Assembly: GCA_040755095.1 (NCBI GenBank)
Contig: JBFMBH010000006.1
Location: 1,290 to 65,289, forward strand
Origin: Thermodesulfobacteriota bacterium
GTDB lineage: Bacteria; Desulfobacterota; Desulfobulbia; Desulfobulbales; JBFMBH01
Length of the DNA: 64,000 nt
Direction of reading: 5' to 3'
Below the pieces are notes generated by a model. The model was not told where the DNA came from. It searched no databases and saw nothing but the letters and a program-made list of their open reading frames with translations. Positions within the stretch are counted from its first letter, which is position 1. Every line of letters starts with the position of its first letter. This document shows positions 34,774-45,939 of this stretch, piece by piece. The position numbers were made by a program, and so were the translations under genes.

Positions 34774-37260
34774 ATGGCCCTGCCTTTGCGCGTGCTCATC
34801 ATCGATCAGTCGCCGGAGGAGGCGGCCTTGCTGGTGGAAAGGCTCACCGCCGGCGGCTTCGACGTGGATTGGCGGCTCGCCGCGACCGCCACCGCCGTGA
34901 CCGAGGCCCTGGAGGAGGAGCGGCCCTGGGAGCTCATGCTGGTGGACTGCGCCTTTGCCGGCTCCCCCTGGCGCTATGCCTTGGCCCTGCTCCGGAAGCG
35001 GCGGCTGGATCTGCCAGCCATCGCGGTGGCCCGGCGGGCGGACGAGGGCACGGTGACTGCCAGCATGCGGGCCGGGGCCCGGGACTTCGTGGCCAAGGAC
35101 CGGCTCGGCCGGCTGCTGCCGGCCGTGCGCCGGGAGATCCAGGAGGCCACGGGCCGGCGGGCCAAGGGCCTGGCCGAAGAGGAGCTCCGGCGCAGCCACC
35201 AGGCCCAGATAGTGTTGAACCGCCTCCTGCATCTGGCCCTGGAGGACGCCCCCCTGGAGAAGTGCCTGGCGCAGCTGATCGCGGCCCTGACCGCCTTCCC
35301 CTGGCTGGCCCTGGAGCCCCGGGGTGCCATCTTCCTCAAGGATGAGGCGTCCCCGACCCTGGTCATGAAGGCGCAGTGCGGCCTGGCGCCGCCCCTCGTG
35401 TCCCGGTGCGATCGGCTGCCCTTCGATCGGTGCCTGTGCGGCCGGGCCGCGGCCAGCCGCGAGGTGATCTTCACCGACGACCTCGACCAGCAGCACGAGA
35501 TCGCCTACCCGGGCATCCACCCCCACGGCCATTACTGCGTGCCGATTCTGGCCCGGGACCGGTCGCTCCTCGGCGTCTTCACCGTGTACACCGAGGCCGG
35601 CGCCCGCCGGGACCGCCGGGTGGAAGAGACCCTCCTGGCGGCGGCCAGCGTCGTGGCCGAGGTGATCAGCCGCAAGCGCACCGAGGCGGCCCTGGCCGCC
35701 AGCGAGGAGCGCTACCGGATCCTGGTGGAGAACATCGACCTGGGCATCACCCTGATCGATCCCCAGCACCGGATCGTCATGACCAATGCCGCCCAGGGCC
35801 GGCTGTTCGGCCGGGATGCCCGCTCGTTCGTGGGCCAGCCCTGCCATGAGGCCTTCGAGAGCCGGCCGACGGTCTGCGACGGCTGCCCCGGCACAGCGGC
35901 CATGACCTCCGGCGAGCCGCAGGAGGCGGAGCGGGAAGGGGTGCGGCCGGATGGCAGCCGTGTTGCCGTGCGGATCCGGGCCTTTCCGGTCATCGACCCA
36001 GGGGGTCGGCCCACCGGCTTCATCGAGGTGGTGGAGGATCTCAGCCGGGCCCGGCAGCTGGAGACCGAGCAGGCGGCCCTGGAGGCCCGGCTGCGCCAGG
36101 CCCAGAAGATGGAGGCCATCGGCACCCTGGCCGGCGGCATCGCCCACGACTTCAACAACATCCTGTCGGCCATTCTCGGCTACAGCGACCTGGCCCGCTC
36201 GGCCCTGCCCCAGGGCAGCCCGATCCGGGACGATGTGGAGCAGGTGGTGCAAGCCGGCCAGCGGGCCAAGGATCTCGTGCAGCAGATCCTCGCCTTCAGC
36301 CGCCAGGCCGAGGTGGAGCACAAGCCCTTGCAGATCCATCTGGTGGTCAAGGAGGTCTTGAAGCTGCTCCGCGCCATCATCCCCAGCACCATCACCCTGC
36401 GCCAGAACATCGAGGCCCGGGCCGGCACGGTGCTGGCCGATCCCGTCCAGATCCACCAGGTGCTCATGAACCTGTGCACCAACGCTTACCAGGCCATGCG
36501 GGAGAGAGGCGGCATCCTGGCCGTGGAGCTGAGTCGCGTCGATCTCCAAGCCCGCGCGACCCGCGGCGACCCCGAGCTGGCCCCCCGGCCGTACGTGCGC
36601 CTGCTCGTGACCGATTCCGGCCCGGGCATCGACGCCGCCATCATCGATCGGATCTTCGAGCCCTATTTCACCACCAAGGCCCAGGGCGAGGGCACCGGCC
36701 TGGGGCTGGCGGTCTCCCACGGCATCGTCACCAACCTGGGTGGCACGGTCACCGTGGCCAATGCACCGGAAGGGGGGGCCATCTTCACTGTTCTCCTGCC
36801 CCGGGTCGAGGAGGAGATCGGGGACGAGGGCCGGGACCATTTGGGATGCCCGGGCGGCCGGGAGCGGGTGCTGCTGGTGGATGACGAGCCGGCGGTCGCC
36901 GGCCTGGAAGGCAGGATCCTGGAACAGCTGGGCTATCAGGTGACGGTGCACACCAGAAGCGTTGCGGCCTTGGCCGCCTTCGAGGCCGCCCCGCAGCGTT
37001 TCGACTGCCTGCTCACCGATCAGACGATGCCGGGCTGCACCGGTCTCGACTTGGCCCGGCAGGTGCTGGCCCGCCGGCCAGGCCTGCCGGTGGTCCTGTG
37101 CACCGGCTTCAGCGAGGGCCTGGACCCGGGGCTGGTACGGCAGGCGGGCATCCGGACGGTGCTCCGCAAGCCGCTCCTGGCGCGGGAGCTGGGAGAGGCG
37201 CTCCGCCGGGTCCTGGATGAAGACAAGGAGCGCTACTCATCCTCCGGCGGGGTGCCGTGA
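34774..37260 (+). CDS. Hybrid sensor histidine kinase (REC-GAF-PAS-HisKA-HATPase-REC)
   Basis: ORF 34084..37260 trimmed to ATG 34774 (MALPLRVLIIDQSPEE). H-box GIAHDFNNIL, G-boxes DSGPGI and GTGLGL, C-terminal receiver VLLVDDE...LLTDQTMPG. Confidence 0.9.
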   Translation: MALPLRVLIIDQSPEEAALLVERLTAGGFDVDWRLAATATAVTEALEEERPWELMLVDCAFAGSPWRYALALLRKRRLDLPAIAVARRADEGTVTASMRAGARDFVAKDRLGRLLPAVRREIQEATGRRAKGLAEEELRRSHQAQIVLNRLLHLALEDAPLEKCLAQLIAALTAFPWLALEPRGAIFLKDEASPTLVMKAQCGLAPPLVSRCDRLPFDRCLCGRAAASREVIFTDDLDQQHEIAYPGIHPHGHYCVPILARDRSLLGVFTVYTEAGARRDRRVEETLLAAASVVAEVISRKRTEAALAASEERYRILVENIDLGITLIDPQHRIVMTNAAQGRLFGRDARSFVGQPCHEAFESRPTVCDGCPGTAAMTSGEPQEAEREGVRPDGSRVAVRIRAFPVIDPGGRPTGFIEVVEDLSRARQLETEQAALEARLRQAQKMEAIGTLAGGIAHDFNNILSAILGYSDLARSALPQGSPIRDDVEQVVQAGQRAKDLVQQILAFSRQAEVEHKPLQIHLVVKEVLKLLRAIIPSTITLRQNIEARAGTVLADPVQIHQVLMNLCTNAYQAMRERGGILAVELSRVDLQARATRGDPELAPRPYVRLLVTDSGPGIDAAIIDRIFEPYFTTKAQGEGTGLGLAVSHGIVTNLGGTVTVANAPEGGAIFTVLLPRVEEEIGDEGRDHLGCPGGRERVLLVDDEPAVAGLEGRILEQLGYQVTVHTRSVAALAAFEAAPQRFDCLLTDQTMPGCTGLDLARQVLARRPGLPVVLCTGFSEGLDPGLVRQAGIRTVLRKPLLARELGEALRRVLDEDKERYSSSGGVP

Positions 37261-37451
37261 AACTGCGGCGGCAGGGGCTGGGGACCGGGCACGATGCCGG
37301 CGATGTCCGGGTCCTCCCCGTCCTGTCGCGGCGTAGCCGTGGCTCGCCGCTCTTTGGCTTCCAGGCGGCGGGTCTCCTTGTCCTTCTGCTTCTCCCGCCT
37401 CGCCCTTTCCCGATCCCGCTTGTGGCTTAAGGGGCGCGTGCTCTTGGCCAT
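37233..37451 (-). CDS. Possible small basic protein (72 aa)
   Basis: ATG ORF with high GC3 and a K/R/E-rich N-terminus (KRDRERARREKQKDKETRRLEAKERR). Its 3' end overlaps the kinase 3' end by 28 nt. No homolog recognised. Confidence 0.35.
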   Translation of the reverse strand: MAKSTRPLSHKRDRERARREKQKDKETRRLEAKERRATATPRQDGEDPDIAGIVPGPQPLPPQFHGTPPEDE

Positions 37452-37523
37452 GGGGTCCTCCTCGGCCCGGTTCAGCCCGGACCCACCCGTGGAGCGGCCG
37501 GCCAGCCGTCCAGGACTCCGGGC

Positions 37524-37564
37524 AAAAAAAGAGGGCTGTCTCCAGCCGCAGCTGGAGACAGCCC
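37524..37564 (-). terminator. Rho-independent terminator after the csp gene
   Basis: Minus strand: stem GGGCTGTCTCCAGC/GCTGGAGACAGCCC (14 bp, 4-nt loop), followed by CTCTTTTTTT. Confidence 0.8.
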
Positions 37565-37596
37565 CACCTCGATGACGCGATCAAGGCCGGCTGTTC

Positions 37597-37809
37597 TCAG
37601 CGGCCCACTTTGACGACATTCTCCGCCGCCGGGCCCTTCTGGCCCTGGACGATGTCGAACTCCACTCGCTCGCCCTCGACCAAGGACCTGAAGCCCTCCG
37701 ACCGGATCGCCGAGTGATGGACGAAACAGTCCTTCTGCCCGCCATCCGGCGTGATGAACCCGAACCCCTTGCTGTCATTGAACCACTTCACGGTACCGGT
37801 GTTGCGCAT
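37597..37809 (-). CDS. Cold-shock protein (CspA family)
   Basis: ORF trimmed to ATG 37809 (GGGAG SD). RNP1 KGFGFI and RNP2 VHHSAI motifs. 70 aa. Confidence 0.92.
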   Translation of the reverse strand: MRNTGTVKWFNDSKGFGFITPDGGQKDCFVHHSAIRSEGFRSLVEGERVEFDIVQGQKGPAAENVVKVGR

Positions 37810-37941
37810 TGCGATGCTCCCTTCTGCCTGCAGTGTTGTCGGGAAACAGCAAAAGGGGCCCGGTAATCTGCCCAGGTCCCCTTCTGTCAGCTCCCTGATG
37901 GCGCGGCACCCACCCGGGCGCCGCATATAGAACGTATCCTT

Positions 37942-38017
<76 letters not shown>

Positions 38018-38252
38018 ACGCGATCAACTCAAAGAACGACGGCAAACGAGCCGTGATTTTTACCATGGGGCCGGCGAGGTGTCAAGCCCTTTCCGAACCC
38101 GGTTGCCACCACCCTTGCCAAGCCCGGGCCAGTCTGGTAAGGTAGCGCCGTTTTGACAGTCTGCCCGCGGGCATCCGTTCGTCGCAGGGGGCGCGGCCCA
38201 GCGCCCTGCCGGCGGCGAGGCGGTGCCTCTCCGGCCACCCCCCTGGCAGTGA

Positions 38253-39365
<1,113 letters not shown>

Positions 39366-39600
39366 CGGGCATGACCGATCTCTCCTCTGAGCACGAAAGA
39401 ACAACGAACAGCGAATAGCGGACAAGGAATGTCCAACCGCAAAAAGGAACCGGCAGAACTGATCCGAAACGTCAACTGCCGATCCCTTCAACCTTCGAAA
39501 TTCCTTGTTGGATATTCTGCAGTTCGTCTTTCACGGTAATCCACCCCTTGCCACCTTGTCGCCCGCCATCATCCACCGGGATCCGGCCGGCAGCTCCCGC

Positions 39601-40440
39601 ATGCGCAAGAAGCCGAAGCAACGGCGGCAGGCGCTGGGGTTCGCCCTCTTCGGGCTGGCCCTCACCGCGCTGTTCATCGTTGTCGTCACCAACGTCGGCC
39701 GGCAACAGGAGCTGGCCGCCCCGCAGAAGCTGGCCCTGGAGATCCTGGGACGGGTGCAGGCGGGCTTGACCGGCGTGACCTCCCATCTGACCAGCTTCTG
39801 GCAGGACTATCTGGCCATCCTCGAGACCAGACAGGAGAACGAGCGGCTGCGGCAGGACCTGGCCCAGGCCAGGGCCCTGACCGCCGAGTACCGGGAGGCC
39901 GTGGCCACCAACGTCCGCCTGGCCAAGCTCCTGGACCTCAAGGAATCATTGGAGGACCCCAGCCTGACCGCCCGGGTCATTGGCCGGGATCCCTCCTTGT
40001 GGTTCCGGACCATCATCATCGACCGGGGCGCCAGCGACGGGGTGCAAAAGGGGATGCCGGTGGTCGCGCCGGAGGGGGTGGTCGGGCAGATCATGAACGC
40101 CTCGCCCCATTACGCCAAGGTCCTCCTGGCCAACGACCCCAACAGCGCCATTGACGCTCTGGTGCAGCGCTCCCGGATCCAGGGTATGATCAAGGGCCGC
40201 GAGCCGAATCTCCTGGATCTCCACTACGTGCTCAAGAGCACCGATGTCCAGGCGGACGATTCCGTGGTCACCTCCGGCATGGGCGGCATCTTTCCCAAGG
40301 GCTTGCCAGTGGGCCGGGTGACCCGGGTCGTCAACAACTCGGCCGGCATGTTCCAGGCCATCGAGGTGGTGCCGGCCGTGGATTTCGCCGGGCTGGAGCA
40401 CGTGATCATCATCCTCAAGAAAAACCCCCTGGCCGAGTAG
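39601..40440 (+). CDS. mreC: Rod shape-determining protein MreC
   Basis: ORF 39505..40440 trimmed to ATG 39601 (MRKKPKQRR plus TM). Coiled coil ENERLRQDLAQARAL. Motif VTSGMGGIFPKGLPVGRV. Confidence 0.85.
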   Translation: MRKKPKQRRQALGFALFGLALTALFIVVVTNVGRQQELAAPQKLALEILGRVQAGLTGVTSHLTSFWQDYLAILETRQENERLRQDLAQARALTAEYREAVATNVRLAKLLDLKESLEDPSLTARVIGRDPSLWFRTIIIDRGASDGVQKGMPVVAPEGVVGQIMNASPHYAKVLLANDPNSAIDALVQRSRIQGMIKGREPNLLDLHYVLKSTDVQADDSVVTSGMGGIFPKGLPVGRVTRVVNNSAGMFQAIEVVPAVDFAGLEHVIIILKKNPLAE

Positions 40441-40445
40441 CGGTC

Positions 40446-40952
40446 GTGGTGTACCTGGGCTTCTTTCTCCTCGGCCTCCTCTGTCTGGCCGTGGCCACCA
40501 GCGTTTTGCCCCTCCTGCCGGCGGCCTGCGGCCGGCCGGAGCCCTTGTCCGCCCTCGTCACCTTCTGCGGCCTGCGCCTGGACCCGTTGCCCGGGGCGCT
40601 CCTGGTGCTGCTTCTGGGCCTGGTCACGGATATCTACTCCGGGGTCTTTTCCGGCCTCTACCCCATCGTCTACCTGGGCCTTTTCTGCCTGTTCAAGCTC
40701 TGCTCCCCGCACCTGCTGGTGGAATCCCCGTTTCTGGTGCTGCCCGTGGCGGCGGCCTCCGCCCTGGCGGTCAACGGCGGCCTCTATCTCTTCCATCTGG
40801 TGCTGGCCGCCGACAGCCTCTTTGCCTGGTCCTGGCTGGCCACCGGCCTGCAAGCGGCGGTGGTGGGGCTCCTGGCCATTCCCCTCTTCCGCATCCTGGA
40901 CCGCCTGCTCGTGATCGGGCGTCCCAAGGGCCGCAACACCCTCCGCCCATGA
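40446..40952 (+). CDS. mreD: Rod shape-determining protein MreD
   Basis: GTG start, 168-aa polytopic membrane protein between mreC and mrdA. ATGA overlap with mrdA. Confidence 0.75.
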   Translation: MVYLGFFLLGLLCLAVATSVLPLLPAACGRPEPLSALVTFCGLRLDPLPGALLVLLLGLVTDIYSGVFSGLYPIVYLGLFCLFKLCSPHLLVESPFLVLPVAAASALAVNGGLYLFHLVLAADSLFAWSWLATGLQAAVVGLLAIPLFRILDRLLVIGRPKGRNTLRP

Positions 40953-42835
40953 GACGACTCACCATCAACAAGGCCGAGGAGATCGAGCTGGAGCTCCTCA
41001 AGAAGCGGCTGGACATCGCCACAGTGGTGGTCATCACCGGCCTGGCGATCCTCATCGCCCGCCTCTGGTTCCTCCAGATCCACAAAGGGGACGAGTTCGC
41101 CGACCTGGCCCGCCGCAACCGCATCCGCGCCCACACTGTGATGGCGCCCCGGGGGACGATCTTCGACGCCAAGGGCCGCAAGATCGTCACCAACCAGCCC
41201 TGCTTCAACGTGGTCTGGAACCGGGAGGATGCCGAGGATCCCGACGCGGTCATCAAGCACCTGTCCCGGGTGCTGGGAGAGGATGTCTCAGTCCTCCTGG
41301 ACCGGATCCGGGATGCCGCCGATGATCCCCGGCATCTGCCGGTGCGGCTCAAGGAGAACATCGACTGGCCGACCCTGGTGCATGTGGAGAACGTCCGCTT
41401 CGAGCTGCCAGGCAGCCAGGTGGAGGTGGTGCCCCGCCGGGAGTACCTGTACGGGGACATGGCCTCCCACCTCATCGGCTACCTGGCCGAGATCAGCCAG
41501 AAGGAGCTGGAGCAGCACGGGGACGACGGCTACGAGCCCGGGGACCTCATCGGCAAGATGGGGGTGGAAAAGCTTCAGGAGCCTTATCTCCGGGGCGAAA
41601 AGGGCAAGCGCTACCTGGAGGTGGATGTGCACGGCAACCTGCAGCGCCTGGTGGACGAGCGTCTGCCAGTGGCGGGCAACGACCTGGTCCTGACCCTGGA
41701 CGCCGACCTGCAGCTGGCTGCCGAGCGGGCCATGGCCGACCGGGCCGGGGCGGTGGTGGCCATGGACGTCAACAGCGGCCGCCTCCTGGCGCTGGCCTCG
41801 GCCCCGGGCCTGACCCTGGCGGACTTCCTGGGCGGCATCTCCCGCCCCAAGTGGGACAGCCTCCAGCAGGACCCCCTGCGCCCGCTCCTCAACAAGACGA
41901 TCCAGGGCCAGTACCCGCCCGGCTCCACCTACAAGATCGTGACCGCACTGGCCGGCCTGGCAGAGCGTGTCATCACCCCCGAGACCTCCTTCTTCTGCGG
42001 CGGCTCCCTGTACTTCGGCAACCGCTCGTACGGCTGCTGGAAGAAGGGCGGCCACGGCCAGGTCAGCCTGCACGATGCCCTGGTCCAGTCCTGTGACGTC
42101 TACTTCTACCAGGTGGGCCTGAAGGTGGGGGTGGATGCCCTGGCCAAATACGCCAACAGCCTCGGCCTCGGGCTCCTCTCCGGGATCGACCTGGAGAACG
42201 AAAAGCCAGGCCTTATCCCGACTGCTGCCTGGAAGGCCCGCGCCAAGAAGGTGCCGTGGCAGGAGGGCGAGACCCTCTCCATCGCCATCGGCCAGGGCTT
42301 TGACCTCGTCACCCCCTTGCAGCTGTGCCGGATGATGGCCGCGGTGGCCAACGGCGGCACCCTCTACCGCCCCCAGTTCATCGAGATGGTCAAAGGCCCC
42401 GACGGCCAGCCGTTGCGGAGCTTCACCCCGATCATCGATGGCCGAGCACCGTTTACACCCAAGCAGCTGGAGCTGGTGAAGAAGGCCCTGGCGGGGGTGG
42501 TCAACGAGCCGCGGGGCACCGGCAGCGCGGCCCGTCTCAAGGAGGTGGTGGTGGGCGGCAAAACCGGCACCGCCCAGGTGGTGCGTCTGGCCCGCTACAA
42601 GGAGACCGCCGAGAAGGACGTGCCCCTCCAGTACCGGGACCACGCCTGGTTCGTCTGCTTCGCGCCGGTCGACAAGCCCGAGATCGCGGTGGCGGTCCTG
42701 GTCGAGCACGGCGGCCACGGTGGCTCGGCGGCGGGGCCGGTGGCCAATGCGGTGCTCAAGGCCTATTTCAACATTCCCGAAGCCAGAGAGGTGGACAGCC
42801 GTGCACAGCAAGTGGCCGACGCTGCGGTTCGATAG
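40949..42835 (+). CDS. mrdA: Penicillin-binding protein 2 (elongasome transpeptidase)
   Basis: Motifs PPGSTYKIVT (SxxK) and KTGTAQV, plus an N-terminal membrane anchor. Confidence 0.92.
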   Translation: MRRLTINKAEEIELELLKKRLDIATVVVITGLAILIARLWFLQIHKGDEFADLARRNRIRAHTVMAPRGTIFDAKGRKIVTNQPCFNVVWNREDAEDPDAVIKHLSRVLGEDVSVLLDRIRDAADDPRHLPVRLKENIDWPTLVHVENVRFELPGSQVEVVPRREYLYGDMASHLIGYLAEISQKELEQHGDDGYEPGDLIGKMGVEKLQEPYLRGEKGKRYLEVDVHGNLQRLVDERLPVAGNDLVLTLDADLQLAAERAMADRAGAVVAMDVNSGRLLALASAPGLTLADFLGGISRPKWDSLQQDPLRPLLNKTIQGQYPPGSTYKIVTALAGLAERVITPETSFFCGGSLYFGNRSYGCWKKGGHGQVSLHDALVQSCDVYFYQVGLKVGVDALAKYANSLGLGLLSGIDLENEKPGLIPTAAWKARAKKVPWQEGETLSIAIGQGFDLVTPLQLCRMMAAVANGGTLYRPQFIEMVKGPDGQPLRSFTPIIDGRAPFTPKQLELVKKALAGVVNEPRGTGSAARLKEVVVGGKTGTAQVVRLARYKETAEKDVPLQYRDHAWFVCFAPVDKPEIAVAVLVEHGGHGGSAAGPVANAVLKAYFNIPEAREVDSRAQQVADAAVR

Positions 42836-43925
42836 GCGCCTGCTTCTGAACTTCGACTGGGTGCTCCTGGTCGCGGTCCTGGCGGTGATCGGCCTGGGCA
42901 TCGCCAACCTCTACAGCGCCGGCTACGGCGGCCATGCTGGCACGCCGGTCTATCTCAAGCAGCTCTCCTACACCCTGGTGGGTCTGGGCTTCTTTGTCCT
43001 CCTCATGGGCCTCGACTACCGGCTTCTGGGCAAGTACGCGCCGGTCCTGTACCTGGCGGTGGTCTTCGCCCTGGTCCTGGCCGCGGTGATGGGCAAGACC
43101 GTCTCCGGCTCCCAGCGCTGGATCGATCTCGGCATCTTCCGCCTCCAGCCCTCGGAGCCGGCCAAGCTGGCCCTGGTGATCACCCTGGCCAGCTACTACT
43201 TCCGCAAAGACACCGGCAAAGGCTTCACCCTGCCGGAGCTGGCCGCGCCCATGGCCCTCACCGGCCTGCCTTTTGTCCTCATCCTCCTGCAGCCGGACCT
43301 GGGCACCGCCATGATGCTGGCCATCCTCTTCGGCTCCATCACCCTCTTCGTGAAGCTGACCTGGCCCACCTTCATCGTCCTGGCCAGCGGCGCCGTCTCG
43401 GCAGCGGTGGTGGCCTGGAAATACGTGCTCAAGCCATACCAGATCCAGCGAATCCTGACCTTCCTCGACCCGGAGCAGGACCCGTCCGGGGCTGGCTACC
43501 ACATCCTGCAGTCCAAGATCGCGGTGGGCAGCGGTCTCAAGTTCGGCAAGGGCTGGCTGCAGGGAACCCAGGGCCATCTCGACTTCCTGCCCGAGCGCCA
43601 CACCGACTTCGCCTTCTCGGTCTGGGGCGAGGAATGGGGCTTCGTCGGCTCCCTCGTCTTCCTGGGCTGCTACTTCTTCCTCATCCTCTGGGGCCTCAAC
43701 ATCGCCCTCCACGCCAAGGACAAGTTTGGGGTGCTTCTGGCCTTCGGCATCGTCACCCTCCTCTTCTGGCAGGCCTTCATCAACCTGGCCATGGTCCTGG
43801 GCCTCTTGCCGGTGGTGGGCATCCCCCTGCCCATGGTCTCCTACGGCGGCTCCTCCCTACTCACCACCCTCATGGGCCTGGGCATCCTCATGAGCATCCG
43901 CATGCGGCGGTTCTTGATCGTCTAG
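42801..43925 (+). CDS. rodA: Rod shape-determining protein RodA (SEDS glycosyltransferase)
   Basis: ORF 42720..43925 trimmed to GTG 42801 (35-nt overlap with mrdA). Motifs LQPSEPAKL, PERHTDFAFS and LPMVSYGGSS. Confidence 0.9.
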   Translation: MHSKWPTLRFDRRLLLNFDWVLLVAVLAVIGLGIANLYSAGYGGHAGTPVYLKQLSYTLVGLGFFVLLMGLDYRLLGKYAPVLYLAVVFALVLAAVMGKTVSGSQRWIDLGIFRLQPSEPAKLALVITLASYYFRKDTGKGFTLPELAAPMALTGLPFVLILLQPDLGTAMMLAILFGSITLFVKLTWPTFIVLASGAVSAAVVAWKYVLKPYQIQRILTFLDPEQDPSGAGYHILQSKIAVGSGLKFGKGWLQGTQGHLDFLPERHTDFAFSVWGEEWGFVGSLVFLGCYFFLILWGLNIALHAKDKFGVLLAFGIVTLLFWQAFINLAMVLGLLPVVGIPLPMVSYGGSSLLTTLMGLGILMSIRMRRFLIV

Positions 43926-43926
43926 A

Positions 43927-45930
43927 TCAGCCCTGCGGCGCCGGCCGCCGTGCCGGTGCCGCCGCCAACAGCTGCGGATCCGGGCCGGCCAGCACCCGGT
44001 CGTCGGCCGTCGCCGGCCCCCCGCCACCCATGAACGTCAGCCCGCTGTCCCGGCGGTGCTCCGGAAAGGTGTAGCCGTCCTCCAGGAACAGGGAGAGACA
44101 GGCGTCGACCGCCTGGACGTCGTAGCGGCTGCCGCGGCCGGCGCTGATCTCCGCCAGGGCCCGATCCAGGCCCAGGGCTGGCCGGTACGGGCGATGGGAG
44201 GAGAGCGCCTCCACCACATCGGCAATGGCCAGGATCCGGGCCGCCGGCTGGATCCCCTCGCCGGTCAGCCCGTGGGGATAGCCGGAGCCGTCCAGCCGCT
44301 CGTGGTGCTGGCGCACCGTCTCGGCCAGGGGCCAGGGGAACTCGATGCCCCTGAGGATGTTGAAGCCGATCTCCGGGTGGGGCTTGAGGATGGCCAGCTC
44401 AGCGGCGGACAACCGGCCCGGATGGCAGAGGATATCGGACGGCACCCGGATCTTGCCGATGTCGTGCAGCACCCCGGCCATGTGGACCCCCTCCACCCGA
44501 TGGGAATCGAAGCCCAGCTTCAGGGCCAGGGCGGCGGCCAGGTTGGCTACCCGCTGCTGGTGGCCCGCTGTGTAAGGATCGCGCATCTCGACGATCAGGG
44601 CCATGGCCTCCACGGTGCCGCTCACCGTCTTGGCCAGCTCCTCGGTCCGCTCGGCCACCCGCAGCTCCAGCTCGTCATGGGCCTTCCGGAGCGCCTCCTC
44701 GGCCAGCTTCCGCTCGGTGATGTCGTGGACCATGAGCACGTAGCCGGTGATCTTCCCCTGCCGGTCGATGATCGCTGAGGCCCGGGCACTGAGATGCTGC
44801 TTGCCGCCGGCCCGCTGCCGCTCGATGAGGAAGGCAGAGCGCTCGCCATTGTGGAGAATGCCCAGCACCCCATGGATCCGGGACATGACCGGTCCCTGGC
44901 CGCCGTGCAGGGACGAGAGGTCCCGGCCCAGAACCGTGGCGGACCGGAGGCCGAAGATCTGCTCGGCGCCGGGGTTGAAATAGGTGACCCTCTGGTCGAG
45001 GCCCACGGCGATGATGCCGTAGTCGATGGCGGACTGGAGGATGTTATCCAGGTAGGTGGTCTTTTCGGCCAGATCCAGGGAGGTGGAGTGGATGACGAAG
45101 TCCTTCTCCCGGATGACGAAATCCTTTTCCTTGATGATCTCGTTCAAGGCCTGGATGTATTTTCCCTCCAGCCCCTTGACCATGTCGGACTGGGTGGCCA
45201 GCCCCTCGATGGTGCCATCGCTGTCCGCCACCACCAGGCGCCGCAGCCTCTTTCGCTTCATGATCTCGATGGCGAGGGGCAACGGGGTATCGCCGGCCAC
45301 CGACTGCAGAGAGCGGCTCATGACCTCTCCCACCCGGACCTGACTGAGGTCCGGGTAGTCCAGGAGCAGCCGGGAGACATCCCGCTCGCTGATGATGCCC
45401 ACCGGCTGCCGGCCTTCCGTGATGACGATGCAGCTCATGGACCGCTCGGCCATGCGCACCAGGGCCTCCCGGACATCAGTCTCGGGCGGCACGGTCAGGA
45501 CGACCCTGGTCATCACCTGGGCGATGCGCTTCATCTCCACAAAGGACTCGAAGGAGAGATGCTCGACGATGTCGGTGAGGGTGACCACCCCCACCAGCCG
45601 CTCGTCCTCGTCCACCACCGCCAGGTGGCGCAGGTGGTGCGCCGAGAAAAGGCTGTAGGCCTCGAAGATGTCCACCTGGCGGCCGGCGGTGATCACCGGG
45701 GTGCTCATGATCGCGCGCACCTCGCAGCTGTCCACCGCTGGCCCCTGGCCGGGGATGAGCCGGACCAGGTTGCGCTCGGTGACGATCCCGGCCGGCCGGC
45801 CACCTTCGGTCACCAGGATGCAGCTCACATGATGCGCCCGCATGAGCCGCAACGCCTCCGACACCTTGGTCGCCGGTGCCACACTGATGACCTCGGTGGT
45901 CAGGATATCGGCCAGCTTGGATGTGTCCAT
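43927..45930 (-). CDS. 4xCBS-PAS-HD-GYP domain signalling protein (putative c-di-GMP phosphodiesterase)
   Basis: CBS pairs at the N-terminus, a PAS region (VTYFNPGAEQIFG), and an HD-GYP core (HDIGKIRVP...HHERLDGSGYPHGL). Confidence 0.88.
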   Translation of the reverse strand: MDTSKLADILTTEVISVAPATKVSEALRLMRAHHVSCILVTEGGRPAGIVTERNLVRLIPGQGPAVDSCEVRAIMSTPVITAGRQVDIFEAYSLFSAHHLRHLAVVDEDERLVGVVTLTDIVEHLSFESFVEMKRIAQVMTRVVLTVPPETDVREALVRMAERSMSCIVITEGRQPVGIISERDVSRLLLDYPDLSQVRVGEVMSRSLQSVAGDTPLPLAIEIMKRKRLRRLVVADSDGTIEGLATQSDMVKGLEGKYIQALNEIIKEKDFVIREKDFVIHSTSLDLAEKTTYLDNILQSAIDYGIIAVGLDQRVTYFNPGAEQIFGLRSATVLGRDLSSLHGGQGPVMSRIHGVLGILHNGERSAFLIERQRAGGKQHLSARASAIIDRQGKITGYVLMVHDITERKLAEEALRKAHDELELRVAERTEELAKTVSGTVEAMALIVEMRDPYTAGHQQRVANLAAALALKLGFDSHRVEGVHMAGVLHDIGKIRVPSDILCHPGRLSAAELAILKPHPEIGFNILRGIEFPWPLAETVRQHHERLDGSGYPHGLTGEGIQPAARILAIADVVEALSSHRPYRPALGLDRALAEISAGRGSRYDVQAVDACLSLFLEDGYTFPEHRRDSGLTFMGGGGPATADDRVLAGPDPQLLAAAPARRPAPQG
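45091..45132. repeat. In-frame 21-bp tandem duplication inside the HD-GYP gene
   Basis: GATGACGAAGTCCTTCTCCCG / GATGACGAAATCCTTTTCCTT encodes the duplicated peptide (K/R)EKDFVI. Confidence 0.8.
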
Positions 45931-45939
45931 GGAGCCCCC

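Noticed and set aside
34642-36951. 769-aa minus-strand ORF opposite the hybrid kinase
   Set aside because: Antisense shadow ORF with no motifs, while the plus strand carries unmistakable REC, HisKA and HATPase motifs.
41288-42907. 539-aa minus-strand ORF opposite mrdA
   Set aside because: Shadow of PBP2, which has SxxK and KTG motifs on the plus strand.
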